A stretch of 25,170 bases of DNA from an uncultured Candidatus Saccharibacteria bacterium (GTDB taxonomy: Bacteria; Patescibacteriota; Minisyncoccia; Phycocordibacterales; PALSA-1337). Positions 9,285-18,977 of the stretch are shown in pieces. Under the pieces are notes generated by a model that saw only the letters and a program-made list of their open reading frames with translations, did no database searches and was not told the DNA's origin. The first letter of the stretch is position 1. Every line of letters begins with the position of its first letter. Both the position numbers and the translations under genes were made by a program. The stretch covers positions 2,114 to 27,283 of the forward strand of contig CAZOGG010000001.1 of the NCBI GenBank assembly GCA_964579565.1, in the 5' to 3' direction.

Positions 9285-10635
9285 GTTGCTCGATTTTATC
9301 TACTCTTTTTAATCTATCCTTGAATTTATCGAATTGCAAATATACATCAACGCTTGTACTAATAAATATTATAAGAATAGCAATTAATACTTTTTTATAT
9401 TGAGTCTTATAATTTATTATTAAATAATCTATTGTCCAGACAATTACGGGTAATGACATTATGGTTAAGGGCAGTCTATGTCTATTTGCAATAACTGTTA
9501 ATATTGGAGTTGCAATTAACATCACAAAGCTGGCCAGTATAAATATCTCATTATAATTTATAGTTTTGTTTTTGATTTTACCAATTGAAATTAATAAATA
9601 AAATATAATGCTGGTTAGTATTATGAAATTCTGTATTACTGAAATTAATATTGTGGGTATTTGATCGAATTTACCGAAATAGTGGAACCAGAATCCTGAT
9701 GTTTTGGCTAGTGAGAATAGTACTAATGCCTTCTCTATAAGAACTCCTGTAGCTTGAATAGGGTGTTCAATTACAAAATTTTTGTACCACAATTTCGCTT
9801 GCTCGCTGAATTCTACTGGTGACTCATACTTCTCCTTTAGTTCCTTGAAGAAAGGGAAATCAGCGTTGAATTCACCATGATTTCCTGGGTAATTACCACT
9901 TAATAGATTCATTCCATCAGCAGTTGAGTGAAATATTACTTTTCCAAATATATTGTAATTTCGTATTACCCACGGTAATTGAACTAATACGAACATAGAC
10001 AATACTAATAATAAGCACAATAGACTCTTGCGCTTGTATCTAAATATCGTTGCTATCGATAATAGTATGAATACTATTAATCCTGTTGGTCTGATAAGTG
10101 TTAGAGTTCCCAGCAATATACCTAGAATAATCCAAGAATGCCATTTATTAGACATGAAATACCAAATGAAAAAACAAAGAGTTAGTGTAAAGAGAAATAG
10201 AGATTCGGTCATCAGCATTCCATTTAACTGAACCATATCTATTATTACTCCAAATAAGATCATCGTTGCATAGACTACCTTTCTATTTATCTCTGGGAAT
10301 ATATCTAGAGTTATTGCACTTAGCATCAATATAGTTAATGCAAAAAGTATTGACTGTGTTAACCAAATTATCCATAAGTGCCTTCCGAATGTAATATAAT
10401 GTCCTGCCACGAAATACTCATATCCGGGACCTATTCTTGTTATTGACCCGTCCATATTTAATGGAGTTGTGTTGTTTGCTCTGTATTCTCCATAATTAAC
10501 TATGTTAAGAGCAATTTCATCATATGCCTCTGCATCAACAGCTGGTTTGATATTGTAGATTAACGCATATGCAAAATTTATTACTATAATTGTTAAGAAA
10601 ATAACTAGAAACGGTCTTTTTGTAATGTTTTTCAT
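9277..10635 (-). CDS. GT-C superfamily membrane glycosyltransferase, ArnT/PMT-like (452 aa)
   Basis: Many TM segments; VDAEAY first-loop motif, GPGY, LMTESLF, LIRPTG, PWVIRNY, RHRLP; 8-bp overlap with the downstream GT-C. Confidence 0.82.
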   Translation of the reverse strand: MKNITKRPFLVIFLTIIVINFAYALIYNIKPAVDAEAYDEIALNIVNYGEYRANNTTPLNMDGSITRIGPGYEYFVAGHYITFGRHLWIIWLTQSILFALTILMLSAITLDIFPEINRKVVYATMILFGVIIDMVQLNGMLMTESLFLFTLTLCFFIWYFMSNKWHSWIILGILLGTLTLIRPTGLIVFILLSIATIFRYKRKSLLCLLLVLSMFVLVQLPWVIRNYNIFGKVIFHSTADGMNLLSGNYPGNHGEFNADFPFFKELKEKYESPVEFSEQAKLWYKNFVIEHPIQATGVLIEKALVLFSLAKTSGFWFHYFGKFDQIPTILISVIQNFIILTSIIFYLLISIGKIKNKTINYNEIFILASFVMLIATPILTVIANRHRLPLTIMSLPVIVWTIDYLIINYKTQYKKVLIAILIIFISTSVDVYLQFDKFKDRLKRVDKIEQHV

Positions 10636-10685
10636 TGGCTTGTAATATTGTGTAATTTAAGTAAGATAATAGTACATAATACTAT

Positions 10686-12056
10686 ATGTCTATACAAGCT
10701 CATAAATCCCCATCATTACTGTCTGTATTTCTAAAGGGGGAGGCAGTATCTGCTTTCTGGAATTTCCTTACAAAGGGTATTGGATTGTTAAATACCTTTT
10801 TAACAATTACATCTCTGACTCTTTATCAGTATGGAGTATTTCAACTTCTGCTATCATTTGCTGGGATTTCATCTGATTTTCTCGGTCTTGGATCTGGAGT
10901 CGTAACAAATGAAATATCAAGAGCAATATCTGAGAAGAGGGATTCAGACGCAAAGAGAATCTTCATTGAATATACATTTTTTAGATTAATAATCATGTTT
11001 ATAACATGGTCTATTGTATTTTTTGGAGCTACATATTTCTTTAGTAAATATGATATTGATTTCATTAAGGATATGAGAATAATTTCTTTCGTCTTCTTGA
11101 GTGAAGGAGTGTTTATGATTATCAGAACTCTTTGTTTGGTAAAGTTCGAATTCTCAATTGTTGCTCTTAGGTCGACATTGAATAAGCTTATTCAGTCAAC
11201 TATTTTAATTTATTATTTTGCGCAAGGTAATTTGGGACTAAAGCAAATGATTTGGTCAATTGTCATTGCCTCAAGTATGAGTGTGATTCTTGTTATGTAT
11301 AAATTCATTAAGGTTTATATTAAATGGGGAGATACTATTCCTACACAGAAAGTATTGTTATGGAATATATTTATTAATTTGGGAAGTTGGGATGTGTTAA
11401 GACAGTTTATAAATAAAATTACATTCAGGGTTAAGCCTTGGCTTATAAAGCTATTTATAAGCACAGAAGCGGTAGCGATCTATTCCATTGCAGAGACAAT
11501 CGTTACGACATTCCAGGATATATTGCCAAGTAGTACCATTCAGTCAATCGTGCCGTCTTGGATAAAGGATAAGGAATTGTCTACCAAGATGTTTTCGTAT
11601 GGTGTTAAGTACTTCTTTCTAACTGGACTATTGGTAATGATTGGGGCATATATTATCGTTCCACCCGTAGTTCATATTTTCTTTGAGAAGTACAATGACT
11701 CTTTACCGCTATTTTATTTAATGATTATTAATTTGCCGATTTTTGCTTCAGGTATAATTATAGGTAATTACATAATTGCTTTGAGAAGACAGAGATATTT
11801 GCTTGTGCTCCATTTATTCAGGGGTATTGTAGCCCTGTCAATAATTCTATGTACTGTACCATTCATCGGTCTGTGGGGTTTGGCTATTGAGTTTGTTCTA
11901 GTTCCAGTGTTAATGACTGTTGCTTATTATCAATATACTAAAAACGAGAATAAGGGATTTCATTTTGATTTCGAAATTATATTTGGTTTCGGCAATGAGG
12001 ACAGGATAATTATAGGTAAAGTTTTGGGTATTGTTAGGGGGTGGCTAAGAGTTTAA
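10686..12056 (+). CDS. wzx: Wzx/MOP family oligosaccharide flippase (456 aa)
   Basis: About 12 hydrophobic segments; LTLYQYGVFQLLLS, LFISTEAVAIYSIA and IGLWGLAI fit the Wzx pattern; glycan-cluster context. Confidence 0.8.
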   Translation: MSIQAHKSPSLLSVFLKGEAVSAFWNFLTKGIGLLNTFLTITSLTLYQYGVFQLLLSFAGISSDFLGLGSGVVTNEISRAISEKRDSDAKRIFIEYTFFRLIIMFITWSIVFFGATYFFSKYDIDFIKDMRIISFVFLSEGVFMIIRTLCLVKFEFSIVALRSTLNKLIQSTILIYYFAQGNLGLKQMIWSIVIASSMSVILVMYKFIKVYIKWGDTIPTQKVLLWNIFINLGSWDVLRQFINKITFRVKPWLIKLFISTEAVAIYSIAETIVTTFQDILPSSTIQSIVPSWIKDKELSTKMFSYGVKYFFLTGLLVMIGAYIIVPPVVHIFFEKYNDSLPLFYLMIINLPIFASGIIIGNYIIALRRQRYLLVLHLFRGIVALSIILCTVPFIGLWGLAIEFVLVPVLMTVAYYQYTKNENKGFHFDFEIIFGFGNEDRIIIGKVLGIVRGWLRV

Positions 12057-13149
12057 TGATAGCTTCATAGATATCATCTACATATGTATTGTCTAATGCA
12101 CTTTTGATTTGTTCTGGGGAACCTCTTCTTTTAAATACAAAGGATGAGGGTTTAATATTATTTCTTGCAAGTACTTGAATACTTCTACTGTCATTTGGTG
12201 GTTGTTCACTGGGATCGATTGGACCTATTATGTCTATAAGTTTAATTCCCAAGGTATGAGCAATATATATAGGTCCTGTATCTACTGCGATATATAAATC
12301 AAATCTTTTCATTAATGATGGTAATTCCTCAAGATTGAAGTTTGTTGCTTCGGTACATCTTGTGTTATTTATTCTACCAATAAGACTATCTATTCTTGGT
12401 TTATCTGCCTTGGATCCTATTATTACAACGTGATTATTATTGTCCTCTAATATTTTTTTGATTAGAATTTCAAATTTATCATCACCTAATTCTTTTATTT
12501 TATTTCCTGCACTAATACTTATTCCAATGATTTTTAAATTATCTGGTATTGATTTCCGCCAATTATCTGCCTTCAATTCAGTTTGTTCTGTTGTAAATAC
12601 TTCCTTTTTCAATTCCGTATTATTAATACCCATAAACTTAAGAAGATTAATATAATGTTGGGGTAGGAAGGTATGATTCTTATATAATAAATTATAATTC
12701 GACATCCAATCAGTTAATCTCTCTGTAATTGGTGGGGTTTCTACTGTAGTCTTTATTCTATTTGGTATTAAGCCCCACAATGCAATACATGTATTTATTG
12801 ATGTTGCTGATAGGTTAATTGACCAATTTAATTTCTCTTTTTGAATTGCTTTAATTAAGTCAAGTGTTGAATAATCTTCTAATAAAATTATTTTGTCTAT
12901 TCTAGTATTGTTTTTTAATATTCCCAGTGCCTTTTTTGATATTAGGGCAACTATATAACTATCAGGGTATTGCTTTTTGATATTAAATACTACTGGCGTT
13001 GAACATACAATGTCACCAATACGACTGTATTGAGGTATGAAGAGAACTCTCTTCTGTCCGGTTTTGATTTTCCTTTTAGATATTAGGATCAGTATTGGAT
13101 ACATTATCCAAGTAATCAATATTGTAATTAAGAAAAGTATCTTTTTCAT
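12034..13149 (-). CDS. GT9 family glycosyltransferase (heptosyltransferase-like, 371 aa)
   Basis: SRIGDIVCSTP, IKKQYPDSYI, IIIGSKAD, LYIAVDTGPIYIAHTLG are GT9 signatures; N-terminal hydrophobic helix. Confidence 0.85.
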   Translation of the reverse strand: MKKILFLITILITWIMYPILILISKRKIKTGQKRVLFIPQYSRIGDIVCSTPVVFNIKKQYPDSYIVALISKKALGILKNNTRIDKIILLEDYSTLDLIKAIQKEKLNWSINLSATSINTCIALWGLIPNRIKTTVETPPITERLTDWMSNYNLLYKNHTFLPQHYINLLKFMGINNTELKKEVFTTEQTELKADNWRKSIPDNLKIIGISISAGNKIKELGDDKFEILIKKILEDNNNHVVIIGSKADKPRIDSLIGRINNTRCTEATNFNLEELPSLMKRFDLYIAVDTGPIYIAHTLGIKLIDIIGPIDPSEQPPNDSRSIQVLARNNIKPSSFVFKRRGSPEQIKSALDNTYVDDIYEAIIKLLATP

Positions 13150-13161
13150 ATGTTTTTAATA

Positions 13162-13183
13162 ATTGTAGCATATATGATATAAT
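13162..13183. promoter_or_regulatory. Back-to-back extended -10 promoters: minus TGCTACAAT (13162-13170); plus TGATATAAT (13175-13183)
   Basis: TGnTAnnnT on both strands in a 42-bp divergent gap, 12 nt and 8 nt from the ATGs; the plus promoter could drive the 9-kb run 13192-22253. Confidence 0.55.
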
Positions 13184-13191
13184 GCCTACCC

Positions 13192-14541
13192 ATGAAGACA
13201 ATTTTCCTGTTTATTTCTAATTTCGTCTACTCTTCAGATTTCCTGAGAACTGATTATATTAAGTATCTATCAAGTAAGTATAAAGTTGTAATTTTCATGC
13301 CACCTCAGGCATTCTGTGATGATAATAAGCCATATTATAAATCAGATAATATAACTTATATTCCTTGGAATATCCAATCACCTAAGTTCTGGAATCTTTT
13401 CGGTAAATATTTCCGTTATTCAATAATAAGAAAGTATGATTTTGAACCGGTGATAGTAAGAAATAGAGAGAAGGGTATGAATGATTGGAGAAGGAAATTT
13501 CTTAGATTCATTTCATATATCGCCCCTCAATCATTCTGGACTAACGATTTATTTACTAAATTAGAATTAATATTTGCTCCAAAGTCGAAATTGTATAATG
13601 AAAAGATAAAACAATATAAACCAGATTTAGTTATTACTGCTACTCCTGGATTTGGTCATTTCGATGCTGAAGCTATAATCCTTTCTAAGAAGGCGGGGTT
13701 AAAAACTGCTTCAATTAATTTTAGTTGGGATAATCTACATAATGGTGGCATGCATTTCCGAAGACCTGATTATCTAATTGTCTGGAATGACATTATTAAA
13801 AATACAGCCATGAAAGAATATGGATATTCTGCAGATAAAGTTTTTGTTTCTGGAACAATGAGATTTGATGCTTATTTCACTAAGAGTGAGAAAGAAGTTA
13901 CACGAGAGGAGTTCCTAATAAGTAAAGGATTGAATCCAAAAGAAAAAACTATTCTTATTACAACAGTTACAAAGGGTAACTATCCAGATGAAGATGTATT
14001 ACTTGGAGAATTATTGAAAGCTCGTGATGAAGGGAAATTTAATGGTACACCAAATATTCTCGTTCGCATGCATCCTAAGGAGGAATTCTATAAATTCAAG
14101 GCATACTTAGATAGTAATATTAAAGGTCTTCATGTTGAGTATCCTGGTAAGTTATTGTCTGAAGAGATGGGTACAAAAATTGAGATTCATGAGGAAGATA
14201 TACAGAATCTTAAATGGACACTCAAATATTGCGATGTTTCAATAAATTATCTATCAACTATGACTTTGGAGTCATTTATATTTGATAAAACTGTTGTTAA
14301 TATTAATTATCCAGATAAGTATCACAGAGGATATACTTTCCGACATTATAAACCAATTATTGATGCAGGTGCTGTATTTCTTCCCAAAAGTTTTGATTTA
14401 CTAGTTTCTGATGTTAATAAATGTTTGAAGGATCCAAGTTCACTCAAGAGTCAAAGAGATAAAGTATTTAATGATTTTATTTATTTTAAAGATGGTAAAA
14501 GTTACAGAAGGAATGTTGATTTCCTAGAAAAACTAATTTAG
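13192..14541 (+). CDS. TagF/CDP-glycerol glycerophosphotransferase-like GT-B transferase, paralog A (449 aa)
   Basis: KPDLVITATPG, SINFSWDNL, LIVWND, SGTMRFDAY, ILVRMHP, CDVSINYLSTMTLESFIFDKTVV. Donor specificity cannot be assigned. Confidence 0.7.
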   Translation: MKTIFLFISNFVYSSDFLRTDYIKYLSSKYKVVIFMPPQAFCDDNKPYYKSDNITYIPWNIQSPKFWNLFGKYFRYSIIRKYDFEPVIVRNREKGMNDWRRKFLRFISYIAPQSFWTNDLFTKLELIFAPKSKLYNEKIKQYKPDLVITATPGFGHFDAEAIILSKKAGLKTASINFSWDNLHNGGMHFRRPDYLIVWNDIIKNTAMKEYGYSADKVFVSGTMRFDAYFTKSEKEVTREEFLISKGLNPKEKTILITTVTKGNYPDEDVLLGELLKARDEGKFNGTPNILVRMHPKEEFYKFKAYLDSNIKGLHVEYPGKLLSEEMGTKIEIHEEDIQNLKWTLKYCDVSINYLSTMTLESFIFDKTVVNINYPDKYHRGYTFRHYKPIIDAGAVFLPKSFDLLVSDVNKCLKDPSSLKSQRDKVFNDFIYFKDGKSYRRNVDFLEKLI

Positions 14542-14547
14542 CATCTT

Positions 14548-15486
14548 ATGCCATTTCCATATTCAACAATAGAAAAAGAGAATATAGTTTGTAATTTCTG
14601 TGGTCAAAATAACTTCAAAGTTCTATCAAATAAAGGAACTGACGGATTGGAATTGAAATCAGTTATTTGTAAGAATTGTGCTTTGATCTATATCAATCCA
14701 AGGATGACTAAGGAAGGTTATAAATTATATTATGAGAATGAATATAGAGAGAAAAGTATAAGTAATGGCGAACAAGGTTCTGGTTTCGATTGCAAGAAAT
14801 TATTTGAAACAACACAGGTGCATGGAAGATTTATAGCTAATTTAATGAAGCCATATCTCAAGGTTAGTGGGCCAATAATGGAAATAGGATCAGGTCCCGG
14901 AGGAGTTCTTTATGGCATTAAAGAAGTATTGAAAAGAGAGGTTATAGGATTAGAACCATCAGGTAATGAGGCTGAATATGCTAATAGTCAGGGTATAAAA
15001 ACCTATCATGAATTAATCGAAGATCATACTCAAAAGGAGAAATGTGCAGCTATAGTTAGTACACAAGCTCTGAATCATTATCTTGATCCTAGGTACTTCT
15101 TCACTTGGGCGCATGATAGTTTGGTTAATGACGGAATCATTGTGGTTGAGGTAATGAATTTCAGACAGCAGTTAAAAAAGGCTGGTAGGTATAGTAACAG
15201 TGTAAAGATTGATCATGTGTACATGTATACACCCACTTTATTGAGAGATTTTGTCAGATCTGCAGGATTCGAAATTCTTGAATATGATATAGATGAATTT
15301 ACAAGCAAGAAACCACAGCAAGGCATACCGAAAGTCCATATTAGAATTGTTGGTAAGAAATTAAATGAAAAGCCATTTAGTACAATAAAATTAACACCCG
15401 GAAATTATATAAAGACTTCATTATCTATAAATAAATATTATATATACTTATATTATCTATTTTATTCGAAACTATTAAAGAAATGA
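14548..15486 (+). CDS. Class I SAM-dependent methyltransferase with N-terminal CxxC..CxxC zinc ribbon, paralog A (312 aa)
   Basis: CNFC...CKNC, INPR, MEIGSGPG motif I, GLEPS, QALNHYLDP, IDHVYMYTP. Confidence 0.85.
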   Translation: MPFPYSTIEKENIVCNFCGQNNFKVLSNKGTDGLELKSVICKNCALIYINPRMTKEGYKLYYENEYREKSISNGEQGSGFDCKKLFETTQVHGRFIANLMKPYLKVSGPIMEIGSGPGGVLYGIKEVLKREVIGLEPSGNEAEYANSQGIKTYHELIEDHTQKEKCAAIVSTQALNHYLDPRYFFTWAHDSLVNDGIIVVEVMNFRQQLKKAGRYSNSVKIDHVYMYTPTLLRDFVRSAGFEILEYDIDEFTSKKPQQGIPKVHIRIVGKKLNEKPFSTIKLTPGNYIKTSLSINKYYIYLYYLFYSKLLKK

Positions 15487-16811
15487 ATAAAACTATATTT
15501 ATAACTAGTTGTCACCCTCTAATTTCTAGGAATATTCTGTCTACAGGAATCTTGGATATTATATTAAAGCAAGGCATAAGGATTGTTCTGATAGTGCCAA
15601 AATCTAAGGTTGATTATTTTACAAAAACCTTCGCTAGAGATGGAGTGTATATTGAAGGTATTGATTACAAGATTGGTAAGAGGGAATCATTTCTTAAATA
15701 TCTTTCACTTGCATCTCTAAATACAAATACACTAAACATAAAGAGGAAAACAGAAATGAAAGGCAGTGGCTCATTCACTAGGTACTTTCTAAGTAATTAC
15801 ATTTCACATTTCCTCATAAGAAAATTGGAAAAGTATTCATATAATAAGAATATATTTGGAAATTTATTTAAAAAGTATAATCCAAATTCTGTATTTATAA
15901 CTGATATTCAAAGTGAAATAGACATTTCATTATTAATTGAAGCTCATAAAAATAGAATAAATACATTGGGAATGGTGAGGTCGTGGGATAATCTAACTTC
16001 CAAGGGTTTAATTAGAGTTGTTCCGAATAAATTAATAGTATGGAATGAGATTGTTAGAGATGAAGCTATTAAATTTCATGATATTAATAAAGAAACAATA
16101 GGAATTGTCGGCATTCCTCATTATGATGACTATAAAAAATATGACTATTCAAACAGAAAGGCTTTCTTCGATAAGATTGGAGCTGATGTAAATAAAAAAA
16201 TAGCATTAGTCATACCTATCGGTGATAGATATTTAAGAAACAATACAGTTGATAGAGATATAGTTGATATATTAGATAAGAATTTACCTGAAGACTATCA
16301 GATACTTGTAAGAATGCCTCCAGGAGATTATGTTAGAGAATTAGAGAACAAGCCCAATCAATTTGATAGAATTAAAGTCATATTTGATAGATCATATATG
16401 GCTACAGATAATATAAAGACTACAGAAATAAGGAAAGACGATGATATTCATCTAGGTCAAACATTGTTCTGGTCAGATATAGTTATTTCTGGTCCATCAA
16501 CTGTTGTTATAGATTCAGTTTATATGAATAAGCCAACAATACTATTTGGATTTGATGGTTATGATAAACGAGATTATTACGATAGTATTAGAAGGTATTA
16601 TGATTATGATAATTTTATCCCCATAATTATGAGCGGTGGTGCAAAACTAACTATTACAATAGAAGATTTCATTGAATCAATAAAAGGATATATCAAGAAT
16701 CCAAAGTTAGATGATGTGAAGAGAAGGGATCTAGTTAAAAAAGAAGTCTCAATAATTGATGGCAAATCAACCAATAGATTGTCTGAAATAATTATAGAAT
16801 CAGTAAAATAG
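15483..16811 (+). CDS. TagF-like GT-B transferase, paralog B (442 aa)
   Basis: GMVRSWDNLTSKG, LIVWNE, VGIPHYDDY, ILVRMPP, SDIVISGPSTVVIDSVYMNKPTI; ATGA overlap with the upstream gene. Confidence 0.7.
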   Translation: MNKTIFITSCHPLISRNILSTGILDIILKQGIRIVLIVPKSKVDYFTKTFARDGVYIEGIDYKIGKRESFLKYLSLASLNTNTLNIKRKTEMKGSGSFTRYFLSNYISHFLIRKLEKYSYNKNIFGNLFKKYNPNSVFITDIQSEIDISLLIEAHKNRINTLGMVRSWDNLTSKGLIRVVPNKLIVWNEIVRDEAIKFHDINKETIGIVGIPHYDDYKKYDYSNRKAFFDKIGADVNKKIALVIPIGDRYLRNNTVDRDIVDILDKNLPEDYQILVRMPPGDYVRELENKPNQFDRIKVIFDRSYMATDNIKTTEIRKDDDIHLGQTLFWSDIVISGPSTVVIDSVYMNKPTILFGFDGYDKRDYYDSIRRYYDYDNFIPIIMSGGAKLTITIEDFIESIKGYIKNPKLDDVKRRDLVKKEVSIIDGKSTNRLSEIIIESVK

Positions 16812-16812
16812 A

Positions 16813-18177
16813 ATGAAAACTATATTTATAACAATTTTTGAAGGTGTTGAGGTTAAGAATATTCTTAGAACTCCTATATTTAGTAATCTACTTAAAGATA
16901 CTAATATTCGAGTTGTATTACTTACAAAATCACAACAAAAGATTGATTATTATAGTAAAGAATTTTATGATCCTAGAATTTCTTTTGAATTAGTTGAGTG
17001 GAAATCCCAATCTAGCTTTGATAGATTCTTCTCAAAATTGAAATTTGTCCTGCTTCGAACAAAGACTACAAATATGAAGAGAAAGAGGGTTTGTGAATAT
17101 GAAGGTAAGTATTTACAATACTATTCTGGTAGAATTTTAAACTTTATGTTGGCTTGGCCAATTATTAGAAAGTTGGCTAGGTATTTGGATTTTGTTCTAG
17201 TAAAAGATAACACATATAGTCAGTATTTTGATAAATATAATCCTGATCTAGTGTTCCTAGCTCATTTGTTCGATGAACCAGAAGTAAATCTATTAAGAGA
17301 AGCAAAAAGGAGGAAGGTAAAGACAATAGGATATATAAATTCATGGGATAAGGTTACATCAAGATGCATTCTCAGATTATTACCTGATAAGGCCATTGTC
17401 TTTAATGATATCGTTAAGGAAGAGATGATAAATCATAATGAAATGCATGAGAATGATATTTTCGTTAGTGGTTTACCACAATATGATTATTTCTATTCCG
17501 ATGAAAGCAATTTCCTAAATAGAGAAGATTTCTTTAAAAAGATTGGTATATCTGCAGATAAACAATTGATTGTATATGCTTCAATGGGAAGAGCATTTAG
17601 TACTTCTGATTGGGATATGATTGATTTCTTACAAAAATTAGTTGAATCAGACAGACTAAATAAAAAATGTGATTTACTTGTAAGATTCCAGCCAAATGAT
17701 TTCGTTGATGAAATTGAAATTAAGAAGCGACCATATCTGAAATATGATCAACCTGGTATTAGATTCGGATCGAAGAGAGGTGTGGATTGGGATATGAATC
17801 ATGCTGATCTAGCGCATCTGTATGCTACTTTGAAACACATGTCTATTCTGGTATGCTATGCATCTAGTATTGGTGTTGATGCAGCAGTATTTGATAAACC
17901 AATAATTAATATTAATTATGAGATAATGGAGAATAATATAATGTTAAAATCTCCTACCCAGCATTACAATTCGGAACATTATAGAAATGCACTTAAAACA
18001 GGAGCTATCGATCTAGTTAATAGCGAGAATGAATTGATTGAATCTATTAATTCATATTTGAATAACTCCTCAATTAAGACCAAAGAAAGACAAAAGCTTG
18101 TTGCAGAGCAGTGTGTATATACAGATGGTCAGTCAGGTAAAAGAATTGCAGATTATATATTTAATTTAATAAAATAA
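16813..18177 (+). CDS. TagF-like GT-B transferase, paralog C (454 aa)
   Basis: GYINSWDKVTS, AIVFND, SGLPQYDYF, LLVRFQP, YASSIGVDAAVFDKPII. Confidence 0.7.
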   Translation: MKTIFITIFEGVEVKNILRTPIFSNLLKDTNIRVVLLTKSQQKIDYYSKEFYDPRISFELVEWKSQSSFDRFFSKLKFVLLRTKTTNMKRKRVCEYEGKYLQYYSGRILNFMLAWPIIRKLARYLDFVLVKDNTYSQYFDKYNPDLVFLAHLFDEPEVNLLREAKRRKVKTIGYINSWDKVTSRCILRLLPDKAIVFNDIVKEEMINHNEMHENDIFVSGLPQYDYFYSDESNFLNREDFFKKIGISADKQLIVYASMGRAFSTSDWDMIDFLQKLVESDRLNKKCDLLVRFQPNDFVDEIEIKKRPYLKYDQPGIRFGSKRGVDWDMNHADLAHLYATLKHMSILVCYASSIGVDAAVFDKPIININYEIMENNIMLKSPTQHYNSEHYRNALKTGAIDLVNSENELIESINSYLNNSSIKTKERQKLVAEQCVYTDGQSGKRIADYIFNLIK

Positions 18178-18178
18178 T

Positions 18179-18976
18179 ATGAATATAATTATTCTTACAG
18201 GTAATCAGTTCAGACATAAATTCTTTGCTAATTCATTAATTAATGCATTCGATATTAAGGCCGTTTTCTCTGAGGGTAAAGTATTTAGTCCAGCAAGTGA
18301 ATCATCAGATGATAAGAAGATGACTCCAGAAGAGAAAGAAATATGGGATTGGCATTTCGGTATGGCGAAGGATGAGGAGAAGAAATTCTTCGGATCTAAT
18401 ACTCAATTTAATACACAAAATATTTTTGAAATCCCCAAGGGTGAAATTAATTCACAAGAATGGAGAGATAAAATTGCTTCTTTTAAACCTGATATTATTG
18501 CAGTTTTTGGTACTAGTCTATTGAAGGACGAAACAATTAAAATTTGTGAAAATGGAATATTAAATATGCATTTAGGTCTATCGCCATACTACCGTGGTTC
18601 CGGAACTAATTTCTGGCCACTATATAATAATGAACCACAATATGTCGGAGTTACTATTCATAAAATAGATATTGGTATTGATACAGGACCAATTATCCAT
18701 CAAGGTAGACCAAATATTGAGAAGGGTGATAATCAGCACATGATTGGTAATAAGACAGTGATTGTTGGTGAGAAACTAATGGAAAAATCAATTCAAGAAT
18801 TGATAGACGGCACTGCAAAGTTTTACCCACAGACGAATAAAGGCAAATTATATCAACGTAAGGATTTCAATGTATCCCATATACCACAATTAAAACAATT
18901 AATGAGGTCGGGAATGATTGATAAATATGTTGAAGCTAACGTGGTAAATCCGATTAAGGTTGATATTATTGAATAA
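18179..18976 (+). CDS. N10-formyl-THF dependent N-formyltransferase (265 aa)
   Basis: Catalytic N/H/D residues present: ILNMHLGLSPYYRGSG...TIHKIDIGIDTGPII. Short and in a glycan cluster, so a sugar formyltransferase rather than Fmt or PurN. Confidence 0.88.
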   Translation: MNIIILTGNQFRHKFFANSLINAFDIKAVFSEGKVFSPASESSDDKKMTPEEKEIWDWHFGMAKDEEKKFFGSNTQFNTQNIFEIPKGEINSQEWRDKIASFKPDIIAVFGTSLLKDETIKICENGILNMHLGLSPYYRGSGTNFWPLYNNEPQYVGVTIHKIDIGIDTGPIIHQGRPNIEKGDNQHMIGNKTVIVGEKLMEKSIQELIDGTAKFYPQTNKGKLYQRKDFNVSHIPQLKQLMRSGMIDKYVEANVVNPIKVDIIE

Positions 18977-18977
18977 T

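Noticed and set aside
15421-15480. Extremely AT-rich low-complexity stretch
   Set aside because: Explained by Tyr/Ile/Leu/Lys codons of the methyltransferase C-terminal tail; no repeat unit.
18179-18976. Formyltransferase as housekeeping fmt or purN
   Set aside because: Lacks the Fmt C-terminal domain, has a different N-terminus, and is translationally coupled within a glycan operon.
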